In this document: piece after piece, positions 25,865 through 34,210 of the stretch
How the letters are laid out: every line of letters begins with the position of its first letter
Numbering within the stretch: the stretch's first letter is position 1
Source of the DNA: a candidate division WWE3 bacterium
Lineage (GTDB): Bacteria; Bdellovibrionota; UBA1018; UBA923
DNA: 55,390 nucleotides
NCBI GenBank assembly: GCA_038231515.1
Contig: JBBRLF010000001.1
Coordinates: 1 to 55,390, forward strand
Reading direction: 5' to 3'
Made by a program: the position numbers and the translations under genes
Notes under the pieces: model-generated
Told to the model about the DNA's origin: nothing
Seen by the model: only the letters and a program-made list of their open reading frames with translations
Databases searched by the model: none

Positions 25865-26385
25865 AATACGGCCCTCAACTTCTTTACGGCACGGCTCACG
25901 AGCTGCCGCGCATTCATGGGTGAGGTCTCAAGCTTTTTGGCGATTTCTTCAAACGAAAGATCCTGCCCGTAACGCAGCTCGATGGCCTTGCGCTGCGCTG
26001 GCTGAAGTCCGGCCAGGCTGGGCATTTCACTCGACTGCTCAGGTTCGTGTTCGGGGGCTACGGCGCCGTCCACGGCCTCGGTATCTAGCTTCTCACGAAT
26101 ACGCCCGGCTTTACGCAGGTGATCAACCATCACGCCGCGCGTGACCGTGAAGAGCCAGGGAATAAACGGAAAGGTCGTATCGTAGCTCAAGCGACTTTTA
26201 TGCAGCTTCATGAAGGTGGCTTGAAAAACGTCATCCGCCATTGCCTTGTCCCTCAGGCTGTTCACCAGAAAGCCATAAACCCGGCTCGAGTGCCGCGCGT
26301 ACAGCTGGGCAAAAGCCGGCTCGTCGTCTTGCTGGTAAAGAGCCATCAGCTCCTCGTCAGATAAGTTATCCATTGACCCATCCAC
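25861..26385 (-). CDS. ECF-type RNA polymerase sigma-70 family factor
   Basis: Region 2 (FAQLYARHSSRVYGFLVNSLRDKAMADDVFQATFMKLHK...PWLFTVTRGVMVDHLRK) and region 4 (LQPAQRKAIELRYGQDLSFEEIAKKLETSPMNARQLVSRAVKKLR). The start is either the GTG at 26385 or the ATG at 26373. Confidence 0.9.
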   Translation of the reverse strand: MDGSMDNLSDEELMALYQQDDEPAFAQLYARHSSRVYGFLVNSLRDKAMADDVFQATFMKLHKSRLSYDTTFPFIPWLFTVTRGVMVDHLRKAGRIREKLDTEAVDGAVAPEHEPEQSSEMPSLAGLQPAQRKAIELRYGQDLSFEEIAKKLETSPMNARQLVSRAVKKLRAVL

Positions 26386-26390
26386 TAGTG

Positions 26391-26419
26391 GTTACGCTCA
26401 ACCCTTAGCATTTGTGACA
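26391..26419 (-). promoter_or_regulatory. ECF-type promoter candidate for the sigma/anti-sigma operon (TGTCACAAA-N14-CGTAAC)
   Basis: The minus strand reads TGTCACAAA tgctaagggttgag CGTAAC, ending about 6 nt before the GTG at 26385. It mirrors the plus-strand motif at 26438-26466. Confidence 0.45.
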
Positions 26420-26437
26420 GAGCCCGTGCGAAGCTTT

Positions 26438-26466
26438 TGTCACAAAGTAGCAGGTAACAGCGTATC
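26438..26466 (+). promoter_or_regulatory. ECF-type promoter candidate for the Cys-rich peptide gene (TGTCACAAA-N14-CGTATC)
   Basis: The plus strand reads TGTCACAAA gtagcaggtaacag CGTATC. A leader of about 17 nt with RBS GGGAGG follows before the ATG at 26490. Confidence 0.45.
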
Positions 26467-26489
26467 CTTATAAAAGGGAGGATCTATCC

Positions 26490-26693
26490 ATGCGTTTTCC
26501 ATTGATTCTAGCGGCGATGGTGGCTCTGGCGAGCCCGATTGCCATGGCCGGTAGCCCTGCCAAGTGCACCTGCACCAAGAAGTGTCAGATCGAGTGTAAA
26601 GCTGGCCACCCCAAGTCTTGCAAGTGCAAGCACTGCGATTGCGCCAAGGGCGGCAAGTGCGATTCCGGCTGCAGCAACGAAGATAAAGCTTAA
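26490..26693 (+). CDS. Small exported Cys/Lys-rich metallothionein-like peptide (67-aa precursor, ~47-aa mature)
   Basis: Strong RBS (GGGAGG). Sec signal MRFPLILAAMVALASPIAMA|G. The mature part is GSPAKCTCTKKCQIECKAGHPKSCKCKHCDCAKGGKCDSGCSNEDKA, with 10 Cys in CxC, CxxxC and CxxCxC spacing. A terminator lies downstream. Confidence 0.7.
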   Translation: MRFPLILAAMVALASPIAMAGSPAKCTCTKKCQIECKAGHPKSCKCKHCDCAKGGKCDSGCSNEDKA

Positions 26694-26753
26694 GCTCCGT
26701 CAGCAACTCCGACAGAAAAGTAATTCACTTTTTTCGAGACTCTGAATTTGAAG

Positions 26754-26795
26754 CGCGGCTCTGGGACACCTCTCAGAGCCGCGTTTTTGCTTTTG
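26754..26795 (+). terminator. Rho-independent terminator after the Cys-rich peptide gene
   Basis: CGCGGCTCTG (26754-63) / CAGAGCCGCG (26774-83), followed by TTTTTGCTTTT. Confidence 0.75.
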
Positions 26796-26856
26796 TTACA
26801 CAAAAAGGCTCCTTTCTTCAGTGTCATTATAGCCGCGCTATGTCATAGACGTATTC

Positions 26857-27498
26857 ATGAATTTAACCGCAATCGTCCTGTCCACGTTCCTGAGCTTGAG
26901 TTCCGCCCACGCCGGCACTGTTCAATACGTCATCCAAAAAGACAGTTTGGCTCCGGACAGAAACGGCAAGTGCGAAAGTCCCGACGTTTGCGGCATTCGC
27001 TTTGACGTTGGATTCTCGCTGGGCCGGCATCAGGGATTTGCCAGCGCCGCAACCGCCGACGCTTCGGCTAAAATTCAGAGCGAGCCCTTTGAAGTAAGCG
27101 CCGCCGAATTCAGCGTACCACTCGCGGCCATGGATACTTGGAATGGGCTGCGCAACAAGCACATGCGCAATGCCTTTGAAGCCGACAAGTTTCCGAACAT
27201 CACTTTCAAATTCAGCTCGGCCGCAGCCACCACCGAACCTCTCTCGGAAACCCCTCTCGCAGTTGAACTCAAGGGCCTCTGGCAGATGCACGGTGTAACC
27301 AGAGAAATCGTGTTGCCCGTCAAACTTGAAAAAGTGCGCGGAACCGACGTCGTTCATGTGCAGGGCGATTTTTTCCTGAGTCTCAAAGATTATAACGTCA
27401 AGGTGCCATCGTTTCTGGGCCTCAAAGTGGAAGACCGAGTCAGCGTTCATCTGAACTTCAACTTGAAGCCGGGTACTCCGAGACTGGCGAATGAATAA
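26857..27498 (+). CDS. YceI-like periplasmic (polyisoprenoid-binding family) protein
   Basis: Signal peptide present. YceI-like pattern NAFEADKFPNITFKFS...LKGLWQMHGVTREIVLPVKLE...VQGDFFLSLKDYNVKVP. Confidence 0.75.
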   Translation: MNLTAIVLSTFLSLSSAHAGTVQYVIQKDSLAPDRNGKCESPDVCGIRFDVGFSLGRHQGFASAATADASAKIQSEPFEVSAAEFSVPLAAMDTWNGLRNKHMRNAFEADKFPNITFKFSSAAATTEPLSETPLAVELKGLWQMHGVTREIVLPVKLEKVRGTDVVHVQGDFFLSLKDYNVKVPSFLGLKVEDRVSVHLNFNLKPGTPRLANE

Positions 27499-28153
27499 GT
27501 TCATCGGCATCTTTTGTTTCATGTCGCTGGTGAGCGGCTGCGCCTTTCGCCACGATAAAAACTCAGACGCCGCCAGTACCCAGACCAGCGGGGTCGATGC
27601 CAGTACGGGGCTACTCGACAACACCTCGGGCTTCAGTCACATCCAGAAAAAGATTCTCAACAATCGCTGCCTGAGCTGCCATGGCGGCAGACAGCAACCT
27701 TACCTGGGTACCTACGCGGCGGTGAAGTCCAACGCCGATGCGATTCGCAACGCGGTTTTTGTCAAAAAAAGCATGCCTAAAAGCTCAAGTCTCAGTCGAG
27801 CCGAGGGCAGACTTCTGCGCATGTGGCTCGACGCTGGCGCTCCCGAGCAGGCGCCGGTCGAGGAACCCATTCCAGATCCTGTGCCCAACTTGCCCGGACA
27901 TCCGGTGCGTTGGAGCGTGCTGGCCGAGCGAGTACTTATTCCCAAATGTCTCGCCTGCCATACGGGTGAAAATCCCAAGGGAAAAGTCGACCTGAGTTCC
28001 CTCCAAAGTGTTCGTCCCTTGTCGGGCGCGCTGCTTTTTACGACGCTCAGTACGATCGACAACGAGATGGTGATGCCGCCGCTGCCCGCCGAACTTACGA
28101 CTGACGAAAAAGAACTCGTCAGCAACTGGGTCATCGACGGAATGCACGACTAG
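27491..28153 (+). CDS. Dihaem c-type cytochrome-like lipoprotein
   Basis: Lipobox LVSGC. Two CxxCH motifs (CLSCH, CLACH), each in a repeated ~90-aa module. 8-nt overlap with the YceI-like gene. Confidence 0.7.
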   Translation: MNKFIGIFCFMSLVSGCAFRHDKNSDAASTQTSGVDASTGLLDNTSGFSHIQKKILNNRCLSCHGGRQQPYLGTYAAVKSNADAIRNAVFVKKSMPKSSSLSRAEGRLLRMWLDAGAPEQAPVEEPIPDPVPNLPGHPVRWSVLAERVLIPKCLACHTGENPKGKVDLSSLQSVRPLSGALLFTTLSTIDNEMVMPPLPAELTTDEKELVSNWVIDGMHD

Positions 28154-28167
28154 TTATTAAACAGTGC

Positions 28168-28851
28168 CTAGAACGGCAGCAAAAATCCAAGACCTACCGC
28201 CTTCGGATTCAGCATCAACGTGACACGCGGCCAGCCACCGCCACTACTTCTCGAGGTAAGATCACCATCGTGATAACGCCGCAGGGATTCGCTCGCATGG
28301 TCTGACCCCGTGCGAATCATGAGCTCAGTGGCCACAAGCCCAAAGCCAATCGTCACGCCAGCCGGCACCCAGTGGTGATAGTTCAAACCCAGAAACAATC
28401 CCAGTCCCGTACTGAATAGCACGCCACCGGCACGCGCCAGCCAACCGTGCCGCAACCGTTCGTCAGCTGCCGTGCTTTCGAGGGCGGCTTCGGTGGCCGC
28501 CAGCGAATCACAGGAATCGTCGGTACGCGCTGCAAGATCTTCGTAGGACAGCGAGCGTGGCCTCACGATAAACGTTGGCAATAGACCGGCTGCTGATCCT
28601 ACGGCGCCCACATAAAGGTCTTTGCGTTTATCTTGCGAAGTCACGAACGCGCTTGCGCCCAGCTGCACCGCCGCAAGTGAAGCCCACCCCAGACTCCATT
28701 TCGTCGCCCAGTCGCGATCAGTCTGAATCGTTTCTTTCAAAGCGCTGCGCAGAAACCGCAACTGGGTTGCGCAGGGCGCCGAAAAAGCAACGCGCGGCGC
28801 GCTCACCGATATTAATGCTGAAAGCAGGATTCCCATCATTACCGTATTCAC
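28168..28851 (-). CDS. Hypothetical exported/membrane protein
   Basis: Signal-like N-terminus and hydrophobic C-terminal half ending LLPF. No family recognised. Confidence 0.5.
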   Translation of the reverse strand: MNTVMMGILLSALISVSAPRVAFSAPCATQLRFLRSALKETIQTDRDWATKWSLGWASLAAVQLGASAFVTSQDKRKDLYVGAVGSAAGLLPTFIVRPRSLSYEDLAARTDDSCDSLAATEAALESTAADERLRHGWLARAGGVLFSTGLGLFLGLNYHHWVPAGVTIGFGLVATELMIRTGSDHASESLRRYHDGDLTSRSSGGGWPRVTLMLNPKAVGLGFLLPF

Positions 28852-28974
28852 GGTTATTATTGAAACGTGAGGAACCCACTCTGTATATAAAGTTTTTGGG
28901 GTTACCTCAACCGCTAACGCAGAGCGTGACTCCGCAGTCCTAACAAGGAATCCAGCTAGCTATCTGTCGCCCGC

Positions 28975-30426
28975 TTGGCTAGGCTTAAACTAATGCACCA
29001 TTGCCATTCGAGGCCTCTTTTCCCAGCGAAACAACTGTTTTTCGTCGTCTCGTTTTTTTTGTGCGTAACGTTTGCCACTGATGGCACGTTTGCCAACGAA
29101 TCGGTCGCTTTGCTCGATAACGTGCAGCCAAAACCGAGCTCACCGAACTCGCTTAGTCTTTCCCTCTACAATGAAACTTATCGCGTAAATGCGGGCAACC
29201 AGTACCCTGCACTGATGCTCGGCGGAAAAGCCTCGAGCAAAAGCGAGCGCTGGGAAACTTACGGCGATGCCGAAGGCTACCTCAACGTCCACGACACGAC
29301 CGCACGCTATCTGAACGTACGCGAAGCTTACGGCGGCCTGAATGGCGACACCACACCGGTGCGCGCGCTTTTTGGCCGCAAGCTCGAAGACTGGAGCACG
29401 CTCGACACTTACTGGCAGCTCGGGCTGTGGCAGCCGCGGTTTCGTTGGAACTACCTGAACCCGGACGCCGTCGGGCTAACCGGCTTTTTCTTCTCAAAGG
29501 AAACGGCCAATGTGCAGGCCAGTGTTTTTGCCTCACCCATTTATATTCCCGAGCTGGGCGCGCAGCCCAATCTTAACGATGGCGTATTCACCTCGTCGAA
29601 TCGCTTCGTGGCGCTGCCGCCACGCCAGATCGCACTTTTTGGCACCTCGCTGCCAGCGAAATACGCGCTGGATACGCCACCGATCAGCGACATTGTATTT
29701 AATCCCAGCGTCTCGGCTCTGGTGCGCATCGGCGGCAGGCAGGGCGCCTGGAGCAAGGCTTCTTACGCCTACGAGCCGGTGAATCGCATCATGCTGGCGT
29801 ACGAAGGCTATCTTTACGTGGCCAATCAGGACATCGAGATCACGCTGCACCCGCGCATCGTCTACCACCACGTGGCTGCGCTCGAAGGTGGCTACACGGG
29901 CAAGCGCTGGAGTGCGTGGGTTTCGGTCATGGGCGAGCACCCCGAGCCCGACTCGACGCCGGGCTTCTGGACCCGCGAAACGATCACGCCCGCCCTTATG
30001 GCCAGCACCGCGGTTGACTTCGAAGCGTTTGGCCAGGGCGTGCAGGCTTCGCATTTCAGCATGAGCTACATTTTTAGCGCGGGCGGCGCCAGCCCCGACC
30101 AGGGGCCGCTGTCGTCGCCCACACGTTCAATTTTTGAATCACGCTACCCGTTTCGCAGCGCCGCCAGCCTGCGCACCCGCATCCCGCTGCTGAACCGGGG
30201 CACGAAGAGCTTCGAGCTCGCAACCAAATCCGTTTATGAGTTCACGGTAAGCGGCGTGCTGCTGTCGCTTGACCTGACCTACAAGTTCGACGAGCACTGG
30301 GATGTGGGCCTGGGTGGCGATGCCTTGGGCAACGCCGGCGAACAAGCCACCAATGGTGGCGCTGATTTTACGTATCTCAATCGGGCCGATGACCGAATTC
30401 GAGGGAAGGTGAGCTATTTCTTCTAA
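28975..30426 (+). CDS. Putative outer-membrane beta-barrel protein (unknown family)
   Basis: Signal peptide (start at the TTG at 28975 or the ATG at 28993). Alternating beta-strand-like pattern. C-terminal ...GKVSYFF, an aromatic terminal residue typical of OMPs. Confidence 0.6.
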   Translation: MARLKLMHHCHSRPLFPAKQLFFVVSFFLCVTFATDGTFANESVALLDNVQPKPSSPNSLSLSLYNETYRVNAGNQYPALMLGGKASSKSERWETYGDAEGYLNVHDTTARYLNVREAYGGLNGDTTPVRALFGRKLEDWSTLDTYWQLGLWQPRFRWNYLNPDAVGLTGFFFSKETANVQASVFASPIYIPELGAQPNLNDGVFTSSNRFVALPPRQIALFGTSLPAKYALDTPPISDIVFNPSVSALVRIGGRQGAWSKASYAYEPVNRIMLAYEGYLYVANQDIEITLHPRIVYHHVAALEGGYTGKRWSAWVSVMGEHPEPDSTPGFWTRETITPALMASTAVDFEAFGQGVQASHFSMSYIFSAGGASPDQGPLSSPTRSIFESRYPFRSAASLRTRIPLLNRGTKSFELATKSVYEFTVSGVLLSLDLTYKFDEHWDVGLGGDALGNAGEQATNGGADFTYLNRADDRIRGKVSYFF

Positions 30427-30442
30427 AAGCACGCTGGGTTTA

Positions 30443-33400
30443 GTGGTTAGCGTCCTGTCATTGGCCGTGTCGAGCGCGGGCTGCCTGTTTGGCAACTCGC
30501 CGCCGCCAGCGCTGGCTCTGGGTGGAACGATTGGCGGGTTTCAAAGCCAATGCGTTCAGGAAATTCCACAGACCGCCCGAGACTTCTTCACCGGCCAGCA
30601 GCAAGACGATGCCAAGATTGCCGGCATGTGGGACTGCGGCATTTCGGCGCTCGTCGAGTTCAAGACGTTGGTGCGCGGCAGTCAGCCCGATCTGATTGCG
30701 GGCCGGGATCTGGTTTTATTTCTCAATCGTTTTTTGAAGGAGGGCGACCGCGTCAGCGACGCGCTTCGCGTGCAGGCGATGAAGCTGAAAGTCGCAGTCG
30801 TCGGTGGCGATAGCGAAAACATTACGCCCGCCCAGCTGGACCAGACCGTTGAGCTGCTTAATATTTTGAAAGCCAACTCGCTTGCGCTCAAAAAACTACT
30901 GCCGATGAATCCGGCGCACCTGGGCGCTCTGCCCGAAGGCGAACTCCAGCCGCTGCTCGCCGGTCTGGCCTCGTTTGGAGAGGAGCTGGGCGGTTTCATA
31001 TCTCAAAGAGGCGGCAGCCTTTCCTTTGACGATGCGACGGCGTTTCTGGTTGAGTTTGAAAAAACCTACGTTGGCGCCAACTCGCCGGGTAATGCCATTA
31101 CCTGGCTGCGCGCCGAGATGCCCGCACTGCGTGTGCTGAAGTCGATCGTGGCGGGCGGCACGGCCGATGCCGTTGCGCAGTCAGAATGGCGCTCAACGCT
31201 CGCGATCGCCACCAAGCTCTTCGGCACATTTTTGTACTTCGAAAATCAAAACGCCAGCCAGGGCGCCGACTGGTTTACGACAAAGGGATTTGAGGCGCTG
31301 GCCAGAATCGCGAGCCGCGGCGTGGACAATCTCAAAGACGTTGGTGTCAATCACCCGGGCGGCATCGTGCCCGCCGAAAAAGTGCAGCAGCTGATTGCCA
31401 CTCTCAAAGATCTTAAAGGCCATCCCGATCCCGATGCCACGGTAGCCGCTTCAACCGCCCAGCTCGCCGACATCGTAGCCAAGGTGCTGCTCGCAAAGCA
31501 GGCCATTCTGGGCGGCGCTATCTATGAGCTGGATTTGAATCGCGCTGCCGCCATCAAGACCTTCATCGACCAGATTCACGCGCCGGCCCTGGCACTCTAC
31601 CAGGTTCTGGCCAAGGATGACCTCGAGCGCGCCACCGACACGCAGTTTAACGCCTGGATTGCCGAGTACGACGCCGCAGCCGGGCCCGCCATTGCTGCCC
31701 TGACCGCGCTTCGTGCCGGTGCCTCGGCTGAAAAGTTCGCAAACTTTTCGGCGCTGACTCAGGCTACGGCTCCGCTTTTTCTGATCGATTCATTCACGAA
31801 GTCAGTGGAAGACACCATTGCCGAGGCTCGTGGTGCGCGGGCCGTGCTGCTTGGCCCGCCCTACGACGGCCTGGCGGCCACTGAATGGCAACCCTTGCTG
31901 GAACAAGCCGTCGCGACGGCGCGCCTTTATCTGCAGTCTCGTCACCGGCCAGCGACCCCGCTTGATGGCTCGGTTACGCCTGGCCAGCTGACCTACTGGT
32001 GGACCTTACTCAACGGCGGAGCCTCCGTGCTTGACCGCGCGCTACAGGCACGCCAGCCAACCGCTACGCCCGAGCCAGGCGCCGTGCTGGCCTCAGAGGT
32101 GCTACTCTTGCTCAACGCCCTTCCAGAAAACTTCGCGCACAAGGCCGAGCTCGTGGGCCTGGTGCCGGATGCGCTGGCCATTAAGGCAACACTTTTCGGT
32201 GGCGACAGCACACGTGTGACTCCAACCGACCTCGCACATCTGCGCAGATTTTTGGCCGCCGCCGAAGCTCAGTCTTATCTGCTGCGCCGTTATCTTCCAC
32301 TCGATCTGACCCAGCTCGAAACGTGGAGTAACGAGCGGGTCGACGAGCTGGCCACCACACTTCAGACGGCGCTCAGCAGCCTTGCCGGTGCAATCGGCTC
32401 GGGCGGCACCGCGATCTATCCCCTCGCCTCGCTTGACGCTCTGGTAAGTAAACTCGCAGGCTTCGTCAATAACCCCAGCCTCATCGCAGATATGCGCGAC
32501 GCAATTCCGGTGCTGGGCGGCTTCAAAAGCGTGGCCGTCAGCGAGCCCTTCGATTCAATCGCGGGTCCGCAGTGGAACACGCTGCTGGGCGCCACTGGAA
32601 TCTGGGCCGCGCTGGGCCTGCGTCTTTATCATTACACCAAACAGGCGCCCGACATTTACTCAGGCGCACCTCTGGAACGTCTCAACACGCTTGCGGACGC
32701 TGCCCTGGTCCAGCTTCGCGTCTCGGCCGCCAGCCGCACTCCGAGTGAGATTAACTTTCTTGATTTTGATCATCTGCTTGATGCCGTCTATGCACTTGCC
32801 GCCAAGCACGGCACCTCGCCCACCATGCGCGTCACCACGCTCGAAGCCTTTCTGCGACCCGCCATTCGCAGACTTGCGGGCGGCGCAAATTTCGGTGCTA
32901 CCGGCCGCAAGTCCAATGGTTTTTCGGCGGTCACGATTGACCTCACGCGCGCTCGCCTGAGCCGCTGGGTACGCAATCAGCGCATTTTCGAGCAAGCTTT
33001 TGTCGACCTGGGCCAGGACGAGGCCGCCCTGCGCGGAATTGGTTTTGAGCGCGAGCTGCTGCTGAATAAACTCAAAGAGACCAAGGGCTCTGAGGACGAT
33101 GTGGCGTTGCTACAGGCTTTTCGTCCGCTTTTTCTAAATCAAGACCCGAGCTTCACTTTTCTTTACGATGACGCGCGTGCGCTTCGATACTCGTTTAACG
33201 ACCTGTCGAAGAAGAATCTCTACTTCATCATGAACAAGGCCTTTCTCGAAGGGTATGCCGAAGACCAGGCGCGCGCCAACGCTGGCATGCAGGTTACCGA
33301 GCCCGAGATGCAGCGACTAGTGGTCGATGTACACGACGTAATCACCGACATGCGCTTCGGGCCGCAAGATCAGCCTGACGCCGCTCTGGCCCAGCAGCGC

Positions 33401-34210
33401 TTTCTGGAGGCCAATACGTTTACGTCAGTCGCCAACGGCGACGGCTTCTACGACCTTTACGAAGGCCTGGAGTACGTGGGCTTTCTGGGCTCGAGCAAAG
33501 CGCTGGCCCGCCAAAGCTTTGCCGACGCCCTTGCGCTGTGCCCGCACAGCGGCAGCGACGTCTATGGCCGCAACAACATCGCCGCGCAGTGCTTTCGAGA
33601 CCGATTCTTTGACACCGCGTTGATGCGCCAATATCTGGGCAAGGCCATGCCGGCGCTGGTTGCGGCTTTCGAACAGCTGACCCCGGCAGGCCAAAAAGAC
33701 TTCAAGATCAATCTTGAAACCGCCGCACGCCACGGCGTCTACAGCGAAGAGCCGATCAGCGAGTTCGAAGGCGAAAACTTTGTCACTCTGCTGAGCTATA
33801 TCGAGTCACTCTTCAAGCGCTTCGACGTCGACGGCCACGGCCAGCTCACCATGCCGCAGGCCCGCGCCGTTTTTCCGATCGTCTGCCAAAAGCTAAAAGA
33901 CGTCAGCAAACTTCCTGGCACCTGCATCCCACGCTGGGGCATGTTGGAATCGCTCTTCGGCCATCTGCTGGTTTACGGCGCGCCACCTGCGAAAGCCGGT
34001 CCGACAATCGGCGACAAGATCGTCGCAGCCGTTTCCTTCCTGGGCTGGATGTTCAAATGGGCCACCATCCGCGACTGTCACCACTGCAGCTACCGTGTCG
34101 ACCGCAGCCGCGTACTTCAAATCGTGGAGTCCCTGGCCAGCCCAGCAAACGCGGGCGCCCTGAGCTTCGCAGACGAACGAGGCCTCTGGGGAGAACTAGG
34201 CACCGAATGA
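30443..34210 (+). CDS. Large (1255 aa) helical lipoprotein with internal ~465-aa duplication and EF-hand-like loop (unknown family)
   Basis: GTG start. Lipobox LAVSSAGC. Duplicated modules begin near 30800 and 32200 (GGDSENITPAQL... and GGDSTRVTPTDL...). DVDGHGQLTMPQ at 33824-33859. Lies 16 nt after the OMP gene. Confidence 0.7.
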   Translation: MVSVLSLAVSSAGCLFGNSPPPALALGGTIGGFQSQCVQEIPQTARDFFTGQQQDDAKIAGMWDCGISALVEFKTLVRGSQPDLIAGRDLVLFLNRFLKEGDRVSDALRVQAMKLKVAVVGGDSENITPAQLDQTVELLNILKANSLALKKLLPMNPAHLGALPEGELQPLLAGLASFGEELGGFISQRGGSLSFDDATAFLVEFEKTYVGANSPGNAITWLRAEMPALRVLKSIVAGGTADAVAQSEWRSTLAIATKLFGTFLYFENQNASQGADWFTTKGFEALARIASRGVDNLKDVGVNHPGGIVPAEKVQQLIATLKDLKGHPDPDATVAASTAQLADIVAKVLLAKQAILGGAIYELDLNRAAAIKTFIDQIHAPALALYQVLAKDDLERATDTQFNAWIAEYDAAAGPAIAALTALRAGASAEKFANFSALTQATAPLFLIDSFTKSVEDTIAEARGARAVLLGPPYDGLAATEWQPLLEQAVATARLYLQSRHRPATPLDGSVTPGQLTYWWTLLNGGASVLDRALQARQPTATPEPGAVLASEVLLLLNALPENFAHKAELVGLVPDALAIKATLFGGDSTRVTPTDLAHLRRFLAAAEAQSYLLRRYLPLDLTQLETWSNERVDELATTLQTALSSLAGAIGSGGTAIYPLASLDALVSKLAGFVNNPSLIADMRDAIPVLGGFKSVAVSEPFDSIAGPQWNTLLGATGIWAALGLRLYHYTKQAPDIYSGAPLERLNTLADAALVQLRVSAASRTPSEINFLDFDHLLDAVYALAAKHGTSPTMRVTTLEAFLRPAIRRLAGGANFGATGRKSNGFSAVTIDLTRARLSRWVRNQRIFEQAFVDLGQDEAALRGIGFERELLLNKLKETKGSEDDVALLQAFRPLFLNQDPSFTFLYDDARALRYSFNDLSKKNLYFIMNKAFLEGYAEDQARANAGMQVTEPEMQRLVVDVHDVITDMRFGPQDQPDAALAQQRFLEANTFTSVANGDGFYDLYEGLEYVGFLGSSKALARQSFADALALCPHSGSDVYGRNNIAAQCFRDRFFDTALMRQYLGKAMPALVAAFEQLTPAGQKDFKINLETAARHGVYSEEPISEFEGENFVTLLSYIESLFKRFDVDGHGQLTMPQARAVFPIVCQKLKDVSKLPGTCIPRWGMLESLFGHLLVYGAPPAKAGPTIGDKIVAAVSFLGWMFKWATIRDCHHCSYRVDRSRVLQIVESLASPANAGALSFADERGLWGELGTE

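Noticed and set aside
26820-26856. TGTCAT...CGTATT look-alike of the ECF motif upstream of the YceI-like gene
   Set aside because: The CGTA element starts 5 nt further from the TGTCA element than in the two good copies, and it abuts the ATG. This leaves no room for a transcription start or RBS.
26748-27005. 85-aa plus-strand ORF
   Set aside because: It starts inside the terminator hairpin of the Cys-peptide gene and overlaps the better-supported YceI-like gene in another frame.
34057-34206. N-terminal 50-codon extension of the M19-like gene
   Set aside because: The extension overlaps the end of the 1255-aa gene and is Arg/Pro-rich. The ATG at 34207 gives an ATGA coupling and a proper signal peptide.
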